Assembly: GCA_001642005.1 (NCBI GenBank)
Contig: LWCA01000226.1
Span: forward strand, 1-38,435
Reading direction: 5' to 3'
Origin: Intoshia linei
Lineage: Eukaryota > Animalia > Orthonectida
Length of the DNA: 38,435 nt
The notes under the pieces are model-generated. The model saw only the letters and a program-made list of their open reading frames with translations, ran no database searches and was not told the DNA's origin. Shown here in pieces: positions 25,155 to 36,600 of the stretch (positions are counted from its first letter, which is position 1; the number at the start of each line of letters is the position of its first letter). Made by a program: the position numbers and the translations under genes.

Positions 25155-27801
25155 AATTATTTTTTTATTAAAATTTAAAATACACATTCATATTTGAAAT
25201 GCACAAATAACACTCAATCGCAAAAAAAAATTTATGTTTATAACAATGTTAACCTGTATTGTCATAATTCTGGGTCGCCAAATAATTTTTTTAGTTACTT
25301 TTTTCCCGCATAAGAGCAAATAAATTTTACTCCACTTCTCAAAAAAGTTTTCCAAAATTATTTTAAAGTTCATTATTATTTCACCCACTATAGCTAACAC
25401 GTATTATTAGAACGATTTATTTATAGAATTATTCACCTTTTTTAAAATCCTATAACTGAAACTTGAAACGAATATCTTCAAAGTCACGACATTTTTCTTG
25501 ATATATGGATAAATATCAAAATAAGTCTCGGAGTATTGGTTTGAAATATGCATTGTAAAAATAAATCAGTGTATAAATTATTGAAATGTGTTGCAAGATT
25601 GTTAAATTCATATCTGGTTATCCAGACAAGTTGCGATATAACAAAAAATTATCTACTTATTGAATTGTATTACAAAATGTATTTATATTAACGATAATTA
25701 TAAATTATTCACTTGAGTGGTTGTGGAAAAGTGGTAATTTTATTGATGAAACTTACAAAATTTTTATCTATTAAACATTCCTAAATTCTTTACTAACATG
25801 TAAATGAATAAATTGAATTCATTGTAAAATTACTTTGACGATATGAGTGTTCAATCGTGTATAAAATCAATACTTGATACTTGATATTTTTGAATAGTTG
25901 CAAATTAATACTCAGTTCCAGTTCTTTCCAATTAATTAAACAAAATATATGTTTATTTGATGTGTATCAATTTGTTTCAATTTTAAAAGAAATCGGTAAT
26001 TTCAAAAATTATGTATGCAATTAAATTTATATTAATTAGTTTTGTTAATTAAAGTCACCCTTTTCGAAAAAAATCGCCGTTATCATAATGATTATGGAAA
26101 TATGTTAACTTTTAAACTATTTTTATTATACATGTAAATAATAATTATTAGTTTTTAATACACTATGTACTTTAAAATGGTATTTGAGGTAAGAAGGTAG
26201 GTGAACCTAGAAAAGTCAATTAAAAACGGTTTTGCTAAATTCTCAACGTTTTCACGCTGTTCTCACACAGTGTGGACCACTTAAAAATTTCTCATGGGCT
26301 CATCAACAGAATTAATTCAAATGTTTTAAGATAAATGTAAATTTACAAAGGATTTTGCGTTGACCACATGAGACTGGTTGAGAAACACTGAAACATTCAG
26401 TACCAACTAAATTTAATTTCTTATATCAATAGTATTGATTAAATACTTTGTACTTTACAATAATCAAAAAAAGCGTTATACATGCTAATTACTCGTTAAC
26501 GGAATCATTCTGAAGAGTGACTTAATCAGGTATTATGAACAATTTTAAATTTTTTCAATATCCATCATTCCAAAATTCATTTTTATAAAATATTAAGGAA
26601 AAAAAACATTACAAATAAACACATATTACAATTAAATTTGATATACATGTACAAAATGATGATTGAATTACAATTTTAACATACTAATCTACAATCGCAT
26701 TTATATTATAAATTTAATTGCAAGTACAGTAAAGTATTAAAAATGGAATAATTAAGTTAAGATTAAAAATTGTTAGACTGCGCATTTTTTAAGATTCAGG
26801 AACAAAAATTATTACATTTATTTTTATTCTAAATTATATTTTTGGTCCATTATTAAATCTATTATTATATTCTCAAAAAAATATGTTATTGGATTGATCT
26901 TTTAGTTTTATTAAGAGAAATGTAGATGTGTCATGAATGACTAATAATGTAATTGTTAACATGTAATTTAAAACGTAATAATTATAATTAGGCTTCTTAA
27001 ACACATTTTTGTTTATTTTTCTTAATAATATTAATATAAATTGACTGTAAAAATTAAAAAATAATTTATTATATGTAAATTAGAGCAGAAAATATAGGTA
27101 TATTCTTATCGACAATGATTACTTGTATTTTTGAATAATTATAAATGTATACTTTCATAAAGCAGATAAATTTGTAAATTATTTGAGTACTAGAATACCA
27201 CGGATGAATAATTTGTTAATGAGAATAAATGTAAACAAAACTACTAAAATGTAGTATATTTTTCTCACACATTCCTAAGAATATTTCAACAATATTAATA
27301 GAAAATGATGATTATTGTAATTTTTAATTTGCATTATAATGTAAACAAAATATAAGTTTATGTCAGTTTCTCGTCCTTTCTCGTTTGGTGTACTTGGAAA
27401 TAATTTCATAATTTTGAGAACCAGCTGATACAATTGTAGTACAAATGCGAAAGTGTTATATTTTTGGTTATTAACTGTTGTACAAGATTTTTTTGAGTCA
27501 AACACGATCCATCCAAATTCCATAAAGGGACTTATTTTATCATGAACGGGTCATTTCACATTAACTTTAAATTTAACGTGGATTATTCAGATGTAATGCT
27601 ATTTTGTTAGTACATTTTGTATTTTTTTTATTTTACAATAAGAGTAACTTAGCGTTTTGACTGTGAAGATGTATGAAAATAATTTTTTAGTCAAAATTTA
27701 TAAAATAAAAATATTTTTTCTAGCACCCTGAAATTAATTCTAACACCCGTTTAAGAAACTTTGCTCTAGAGCAGTATTGATTTGAGCGATACATCTTAGA
27801 T

Positions 27802-28407
27802 CAGTGTTTCTTAACCGGTGCTAGAATTAATTTGAGGATGTTCTACAAAAATTATTTTAATTTATTTTATTTTTGTTAAAGAAGGTAATCTGAGGTTTTG
27901 ATCTTGAAAATGCACTTTTTTGAATTTGCAATTTATGATGATGTTTATGATTTTAAAAACACTATCCCATAATTTATGATGTATACAATTCTAGGACTTT
28001 TTTTTAAAAAGTGTAATTTGGTGTTTTGATCGTAAAGATGTAAGATTTTGAAATTTAAATTTATCATAATGTTGATGATTTTAAAATCTTTATCATATTG
28101 TGTATTTTTTATAATTCTAGGATTCGTTTTATTTAAAAAAAAGGATAATGGTGGTTTTTGCCCCGGAAAAAATCAATTTCTAAAAATTAAATTTGCGATA
28201 AAATCTAATCTAATTCGAAGGTTTGATTTAAGATTTTTTTTCGTGTGGCCCGCGAATAATTTTTTTTCATATTTGATTTGCCAAGCAAATTGAGTCTGAC
28301 ACCCCTGTTCTATATTCATTTTACCATTTATTAATGTCGTTATTGATCATGTTCGATATTAATATATTCGTTTTTAAAAATGAATTTAAAAAGGTTAAGA
28401 AACCCTG
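27802..28407. mobile_element. hAT MITE, 606 bp, composite interior
   Basis: TIRs CAGTGTTTCTTAACC and GGTTAAGAAACCCTG (14/15). TSD TCTTAGAT / TCTTAGAG (7/8). An apparent empty-site paralog is at 18111-18152 (minus). Confidence 0.85.
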
Positions 28408-29297
28408 TCTTAGAGCGACATAATCATCGATTTTAATAATTTATTATATTACATGTATTGATTTTTTTACGAAATTTTTGTGGGTTTCTTTAGAGAAAAT
28501 TTTTTAACCTTATTTTCAAAATCTTTAAAAATTGGGTGAAAAAAATTCCCTTAAAAACCCTACCAAAGTTTGGACGAAATTGAAAAAGAATTGTTAAAAT
28601 CCGCTTAAATGGTTGTGGATTCATCTAATTCTACTGAGTTATCTAAATATTTACAATTTTCCGTGATGACCTTGCGAGAAGAACGTCGAACAATTGTAAA
28701 CGTTTTTTCCAAATTGTCGGTTAAATGTATTAAAATTGATTCGTGTTCTTTATTGTATACTATAATTTCTTCAACGTACCTTTTTAGTTCATATTTACAA
28801 CATAAATGTATTATTGAGTTTTTAGTATATTTATTTAATACATCGTTGTTTTTTTCAGTTAAATTTCACTTGATGTCTATATTTGTGTTTATTTTTTTTT
28901 TTTCATTCTTTAATTTCTATTTAAATTTTTTTTAAAAAAATTTAATATTTAAAATGCAATAATTTACATTAACAATCGGAAAATTGAACGTTTCTTTTAA
29001 AAATGGTGTCAATTTCTAAAATTGATAATATCTCGTAAATACATGTTTTATTTTTAAATTAACCAGTAAAGTGAAACTAGTTTAAGTACAAAACAAAAAG
29101 CAAAGTTTTACTGTTTAGATTTTTATTGAAATTTTACAAATTAGCTGTATACGGTATTAAATTGATATGCACGTTTAACAAAACGACTCAAATAAATCAT
29201 TTGTTGCTATAAATATTTACGTTGTAAAGTTGATTACTAGATATTACTGATTGTAAAGAGAAAATTGATTTATATTATTTTAAATTTAGGTTTATAA

Positions 29298-30667
29298 ATG
29301 GGCAATAATTATTCTACAATTGTAACAAAATATGACATGTTGGATATAGATATTTCTGATAAGAATATTGATAGGGATAAAATGTTATCTACTAATCAAG
29401 TTGAAAATTTAAAAAATGCTCAGATTGCTCATAATAAAAAGAAAAACATTAAAAAAACCATTAATAAGGTTCTTCCAGATGAACTTACATTACCCGAACT
29501 AAGAAAAATAACCAACAACATCCAAATAAATAACTTTCTTAGAAGTATTAATGGTAATTTTAATAATGAATTAAAATATTTATATTGATTCATTTAGGTG
29601 AAACGCTAAAGATTAGCACATATAAAAAGAAAAATTGGCGAGCTGCACCTTCACCCAATATAAAAAGGCGAATGAATTTGACGGAAAAAAATTCAAACGA
29701 TCAAATTACAAAAATGAAACTAACAGCAGTAAACAGTTTAAAAAATTTAAATTATCTAGTAAATAAACAACCAAACACTGACAACGTTAGTACATCAAAC
29801 AATAAGCTGGATAAAACATTTTTAAAGTCATATTCAGACTCTTCACAAAGCTGTGAAGGTGTAAATAATACCGAGAATGAATTTATTGACAAATTTAACA
29901 AGATTACATCAAAAACTAATATACAGCCTTGCAATACCAACCTTATTTTTACCGATACGGAAAATCTAAAAGAATGGGAAACACAAGAAAGTGATATAAT
30001 TTCCAAAATGTTTAACCAAGAAATATCAGACACTACATCATGTGAATCAAGCATTAATGAAAATATGCATTTTCCAAATTTTACAATTTTGTCAAACATT
30101 TGCTCTAGAATTAAAGGGAAAACCATGATAGGCATTTCCAATGATTTAGATTGTGAAATTAATTCACAAAACATTAATTTATTGGATAATGTAACCTTTA
30201 ACGAAAAAAACTACAATTTGCCGCATGTAAATAAACATAAATACGCCCAACATGTGCGAAAAGCGTATCAAAATGTAGACGGTTTAGATAAAACCTTGAC
30301 AAACGATCAATTCACATCCATTATAACTTCATATGCACACGATAAAAGCAGTGTTGGTGTTCAAGTTGGTACACCTTTGTATATATACTTGAAATACTTT
30401 GAAAGCTACATTGAAAATATTGCCAAATGTTCTTGTAGTAGATATATGGAATTTAAACAAAAATTCTCTCAGGATATTGACAGTCAAGACAAGATTAAAA
30501 ATATAAACCGACATTATGATCTCAAACAAAATTCTTCTGTCGATTCTCTTAATCAATCGTCCATTCAATCTTTTCATTCCAGTGAATATAACCAAAATTT
30601 TGAAAAAATGACAAACATGAATCCTACTACTACTCAGTCACAATCTCTTCCATATCTAATGTACTAA
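29298..30667 (+). CDS. Orphan 441-aa Asn/Ser/Lys-rich protein, two exons, N-terminal MGNNYS
   Basis: Exons 29298-29553 and 29598-30667 are joined by a 44-nt GTAATT...TTTAG intron that merges the 96-aa and 360-aa ORFs in frame. No recognisable domain. Confidence 0.75.
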
Positions 30668-31027
30668 TTAACCATGTAAAAATTTGAAATCGTTTTTGAT
30701 TTTAAAATATAATTTATTACAAATCAATATTTAACAATTATTTATACATGTGACTAAACTTTTCGCGTAATGAGTCAGGTAAACTTTTTGAATCTATTTT
30801 TTCATTAATAATAATAAATTAATTTAATCTAGCCATTTTGTACACATGCTGAACGATTCTGTTTGTGTTGGAATTTTAAGAATATAAAATTTAAGTTAGA
30901 CCCCATTTTGGCGTGATTTACTTATTTTTAAAAAATATTCAACGGAGGCCCCTAAAGAGGCGTAGTAGTTTCGGTTATAATTTAAATTTTGATAAAATAA
31001 TCGTAAAATGAATCTTAGTCACTAAAA

Positions 31028-31507
31028 TTATAAATACATTTCCCACGATTGACAATTCAACGCATAAACAGGACGCGAAAACAAAAATTTTTCTACCCCT
31101 AAAATAAGAGTGGTGACACGAATGTTGATAATGGCTAAATTAAAATGTAATACATTACCTTTTGAACACAAGTATGAAATGAAATGTTCACATCTAGGTA
31201 ATCGATCTTCAGGTGTAAATTTTTCATCAACTTTGGAAATTTTTTTTATAGTACAGCCTGTACTTAAAATGCTGGAAGAACGAATTGATTTACGTTTTGT
31301 ATTGAGTTTTTGTTGGACTTTATCCTGCATTTTTATGTCTTCGTTTGTATTTTTATTCATTTTTGAATATTGTATAGATGGAAAAGCTTTAACGATGGAT
31401 TGTTCAAAAATGTTTAAAGTAGGTTTTTTTTCATTAGAATTTATATTTTTCTTATTCGAATGTTTATCTGTAGATTTGGATACTCGTCTTTTTTTAGAAT
31501 GTACCAT
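31028..31507 (-). CDS. Hypothetical basic protein (NLS-like KKRR near the N-terminus, Cys motif CEHFISYLCSK)
   Basis: 159-aa ATG-initiated hydrophilic ORF in a genome where random ORFs are short. Probable in-frame 60-nt intron 31158-31099 (AAG|GTAATG...TTTTAG). The 3' end is uncertain. Confidence 0.5.
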   Translation of the reverse strand: MVHSKKRRVSKSTDKHSNKKNINSNEKKPTLNIFEQSIVKAFPSIQYSKMNKNTNEDIKMQDKVQQKLNTKRKSIRSSSILSTGCTIKKISKVDEKFTPEDRLPRCEHFISYLCSKGNVLHFNLAIINIRVTTLILGVEKFLFSRPVYALNCQSWEMYL

Positions 31508-32108
31508 TAAAATTTTGTATAAATTCTTTCACATTACTAAAATTACAATGTTTGTTTAGTTAAGTTTCAAATGTTAACAATTACAATATAAATTGTATTT
31601 ACAAAATTTTACTAATTATTAGAATTAAATAAAACTTTTGTCGTCAAACTTGTCATGACAATTTTTATTTTTTTATACAAAATACGTTCAAAATCTGGTT
31701 AATCGTGTCAGATATGGATAGAAACAAGTTGATTAGCGCGTGTGTTTTGATAACTGAAAATTGTATCATTGCGCACAATTGTAGAATCTACAATTTAGAA
31801 ACATTGAAATTTATTTATAATAAATTTAAAGTTTAAACATAACTAATAGTTATTAACTACGTTATGAAAAAATGAAATTGTATGGAAAATGTATTTACGA
31901 GTTTAAGTATATTAGATTCGATATTGTCAAAATGGTATATCTAGTGCACTGGTTCCCGACTCAAATGTGTACGAACCCCCATTTCAAAATATTTATTTTT
32001 TTGGACCCCAAAGGAAACATGAAATATAAAAAATTTAAAAAAAAATGGATTTTTCCAATATTTAAGGTTTGGTAAAATTGGATTTCTTATATTGTGGTTG
32101 GATTAAGT

Positions 32109-32803
32109 CAGTTTTTCTCAACCTTTTTTACTGCGCGGAACCCTTATGAAATTTCAAAAAATCGCAACTCCTAAAAGCATGATCAAATTTTTTTTTCGCA
32201 TGTCGCATATATAAAACAATTTGATTTTTAATTAAAATATTACGCTATTTAATATTGAAAACATATACATTTTTTAATAAAGAAATTTATTTTTACCGAG
32301 GTTTTTAATTCTTGGACGTGTTTTTGAAAGACATACACGAAGTTCTTCTACCGACAGCAGCTTTGCCCGTTTCTTATGCTTAATTGCTGTCAATGCAAGT
32401 AAGATTATAATTTGTATCTTTCCTAGTTAATACGTAACGATAAGAACCACTAATATAATATTAATTCATTTATGACTTGTTTTGATCAAAATAAGTACTG
32501 AATATATTAAAATGCAGAATTTAATTATAGGAAGTCAGACAAACTGGCTAAGAATAAATATTTTTAAATTCTAAAAAAGATAATTTAAAATAAACACAAA
32601 AAGTATTTTAATTAAGTTGACCGATCGTATTTATCTTAATTAAAAAAGCATATCAAAATATGATTTTTGGTTTTATTAATTTAGAAACTTTTCAATTTAT
32701 ATTTTTTAAATTTATTTATTTTGAACCACTTTAAATTGAAAAATATAGCATTTATATTTCACGGAACCCCTGGGTTCCGAGGAACACGGGTTGAGAACCA
32801 CTG
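32109..32803. mobile_element. hAT (Charlie/Buster-type) non-autonomous element, 695 bp
   Basis: TIRs CAGTTTTTCTCAACC and GGTTGAGAACCACTG (13/15). Perfect 8-bp TSD GATTAAGT at 32101-32108 and 32804-32811 with a central TA. Subterminal GGAACCC motifs. Confidence 0.9.
32274..32399 (-). pseudogene. C-terminal remnant of a Buster/Charlie-type hAT transposase
   Basis: Minus strand reads LALTAIKHKKRAKLLSVEELRVCLSKTRPRIKNLGKNKFLY*. This resembles the ZBED5/FAM200/Buster C-terminal pattern (FSxLxxIKxKxRxxLxVExxLRxxLSxxxPxIxxL) and lies inside the TIR-bounded element. Confidence 0.75.
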
Positions 32804-33695
32804 GATTAAGTGGATTTTCTAAAAAAATTATTAAAAAAAAAAAGATCCGACTAGAACCCTTTTAATCAGTAACCCAACATTCAGGTAAATATCAACAATA
32901 GTATTACATTTTCGACAGAGCGATTAGTAAAAATTCACTGAAATATGTATCGTATTTTTTAATTAATTTGTCTTTTACGTCATTCGTTAATTATCAATAT
33001 ATTTATTTCTATTGATATGTATAAATGAATATGATTTATATACATTTGTATGTATTTGATCTCGCATTCAATTTTTAGATTATAAAAAAGTTTAAGTATT
33101 TTTTAAAATTCATTAATTTTTATAAAATTCTTAAATAAAAATAATTTATCTTTACTATTTAAAATATAATTATGATTAATTGACATTTGATGGCAATATT
33201 CATAATATTTTAAAAAGAATTTTATAACCTTTTATAATGTTTCGAATAATTTTGTAATATACCAATCTTTAGCTAATATGACTCATTTTAAGAATTAGAA
33301 TCTTGCAATATTGTCTATAGCACTATGCGAATTTCGTTAACTTGTTTCAAAAGTCGATTAGCAAGTAGTCCATGTAAATGTAGTTTTTAAAATTTACAAA
33401 CCTTTTTACAATTGGTATACGATACGTTCAATCCATCGCTGTTAAAATTATAATTTGATGTAATTCCTGTAATGTACAAATTGATAGGGAATTAACAAAA
33501 ACATTAGAGATCATACATAAATTCAAGATTGACGTTATAGACAAAAAAGCAAACAAAAATTATACTAATTGTCAATGTCAAAAATTAATACAATAAATTA
33601 TACATTCCAAATTTTGCAATGAAAATATGAATATCAAATTACCCTATAATTTAAACATATTTGATTAATATAAATATTGCAAATACACATTTTAT

Positions 33696-36600
33696 ATGAA
33701 ATTTAAATTTTTCATAATACTCTTCGTCATTAGTGTTTCAAAAAAATTAACTGAAGTACCTAAAGAATATTTTCCTATAGGTATTAACAATTAAAACATT
33801 ATTCAATAACTATTAAAAGTTTAATTTAAATTGGTGCATAATACTAATTCAACGTCACAATTTTTATGATTCTGTAAATAAATACCACCAACCTGAATGA
33901 CTCATCTGGGGACTGGTTGAATGGAGCGCCCTAGTATCAAAAATTTATTATTATTATTATTTAATTCAATTTATCTTTTTAATTAGAGTGCAACGATCAT
34001 CTATTTTGTTATGAATCTGGTGCATATTATCCAATACAATGCAATACACAATTAAATGAATGTTGGTGTATTGATCAGTACCTTCAAGAAATTGTACATA
34101 GTCGAATTAATTGTAAATATAGAGTTTTCATGAAATGTCAAAATGGTTAATTATACTTATTTTAAATAACTAGCTTGCCTGTTTGACACTTGGTACAAAC
34201 AGTAGCTTGTAAATTTATCGAGGTCGAAAGTTATCATATGTGTTTCTCAGGTTGAAATTCATAATAGAAAACTGTTCTTGAAATTTTTTTTTGAAACTTA
34301 TAGGCTTATACTTAATACTAGGTTGACTGTTATTTACTACGTACAAACAGCACCTAGCTCTGCCGAGGGCACATTTTTATTATACCAAAAGAAAAATTCA
34401 CGTTGAAAATCTAACTTAAAAATTCTACTATTCACTATTATCAATCCCATAAACAAGTGGTTCCCAAACTTGTTTCAGGTGGAACCATCATATGACATTA
34501 CTATTGAAAATCTAACTTAAAAATCCTACTATTCACTATTATCAATTCTTTAAAGGAAAAAATAAATTCACGTTGAAAATCTAATTTAAAAATCCTACTA
34601 TTCACTATTATCAATCCTTTAAAGGAGTGGTTCCCAAATTTGTTTCAGGTGGAATCATTATATCACATTACTTTTTACTTTAAAGTGAATTATTCCATCT
34701 TAATTTTTTGTTTGTTAACATTTGATAAAGAATTTTGAAAAAAAAATTGTTATCCCATTTTTTTAATTTATTAGACAAAATGTGTGTATAATATTAAAAA
34801 TAAAGTAAAATAAGTCCAATCATAAAAATTGTCATAAATAGCATAAATTCCAGAAAAAATAAAATTATAAAAACCTATTTTGTCAATTTCAATGTGATAA
34901 TATATATTCAATATCAATAATTAACGGAATCTTCACTTTATTAACATATTTCAGACGAATTTTACCAATATTGCAAAGGATTGTAATAAATATAAAAATG
35001 ATAATAATAAAGTTGTATTACTTTTAGTTTCGTTGTTGTAGTTTAAATTTTTAATTTAAAAATTGCGTACCAATGAACAAAATTCCGAAGGAATGAATTA
35101 TATAGATTTTCACTCATATTTCTTTATTGGAAATGTGTAGACGTTCAATGCACATTTTTTTGAAATTGTAGAATTATATTTTCAATTTTTATTTTAATGA
35201 AAATATTTAAAAAATATTGGTTGATAATATATTAACAATTATTTTTCACCGGGAATGCATAGATTTCTGCGGTTGAAATTTTGTATTTATATCAAATGGA
35301 ATAAGCTCTATCAGAATAATCTTTTTTTATTAATTTTCGGATCGTTAATTATTTCACATTTTTTGTTAATAAAATATTTTGGAAAAAAAATATATGAATA
35401 CTAAAATGCTTTTTTGACTGTGAAGTCGTCACTTATTCAGATTGAAAATTTTTGTGTGTGTTAATAGGATACAACTGTACCACCTTTAAATTTTTTTAAA
35501 TTCTAGATATGTTTTCATAAAAAAAGGGTAATTTGTGGTTTTGGCCTTGAAGATATAATTTTTTTAAATTTAAATTTATGATAATGTTTAAATTAATTTT
35601 TTAAATTCTCCAACTGGTTTGATTTTTTAAAAAAAAAGACAATTGGAGTTTTTGACCCGTAAGATGTGAGTTTGAGAGGTTGAAATTTATTTTTCTAAAC
35701 CCCGAAAATAACTGTAATTGAAATGTGGACTTTTTAAAATTCCAAGACTGGTAGTTATTGAAATAAAATAGAACACACACACAAACAAATATTGCGTAGC
35801 ATATTATATAAGTAAGGATATTAAAATAAATGATTAAAATCAAGTAAACATGTATTGACGTTTGTATAGAAGAATTTGAAGGGTCAAAATTTAAAAAAAA
35901 TATTAACATTTTTAAACATTTGTATAAATAAGTCCTTCCCAAAGAGGTACACACTATAAAATTTTATGACAACACTTACAATGTTAACTCATTTAATTAA
36001 TAAATACAAAATTAAATAATTATGATTAAATTATATATTACTCATATTAATTCTAATTTTTATCAAAAATTTAAATTAGTTTAGAACATTATATTGTACC
36101 AACAATAAATTTCGACAATTTGACTAAAGGTAAAATATCATATAAAAACTATAAGTTGAAAAGTTAATTACACATGTAAATTTTGAAATTATAACTATTG
36201 TTATGATTTTGAAAATACAGTCAGACTCGTAATAAATAAAATAATAATGAACCCTAAATGTCAGATTTTTGACATTCATTATTAAACATTTCTGTGATTT
36301 AATGAACATCTTAAGAAATGTTTAAATAAGTTCATTTTATCTTATAATAAATTTGTATAATAGTAACTATAAAAATCGTTATACCCACAATTTATATTTT
36401 GTTTCACCACATTTTTAAATATTTTGAAGACAATTGAAATGTTAAAAATTTTTGACCTATGATTATCTTCAAAATATTTTAAAAATGGGTAAACAAAACC
36501 TCCCTTAAAAACCCTATCAAAGTTTGAACTCAATATTATCTTTAAAATCTTTTAAAATTGTGTGGAAATTTTTTCCTTAAAGAGACCTACAAAAATTTGG

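Noticed and set aside
27275-27523. FGWIVFDSKKSC resembling an RRM RNP1 motif
   Set aside because: A single short motif with a stop just upstream in frame and no RNP2 or splice support.
29752-31559. ORFs 29752-30174 (-), 30329-30595 (-) and 31110-31559 (+)
   Set aside because: Antisense shadows of better-supported genes on the opposite strand; hydrophobic composition typical of reverse frames.
33180-33650. Exon-like minus-strand segments upstream of the thyroglobulin-domain gene
   Set aside because: Trial GT-AG joins produced in-frame stops and no recognisable protein.
34394-34625. Direct repeats resembling a CRISPR-like array
   Set aside because: The units are 55-110 bp, adjacent, without unique spacers, and inside a eukaryotic transposon. 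No cas genes.
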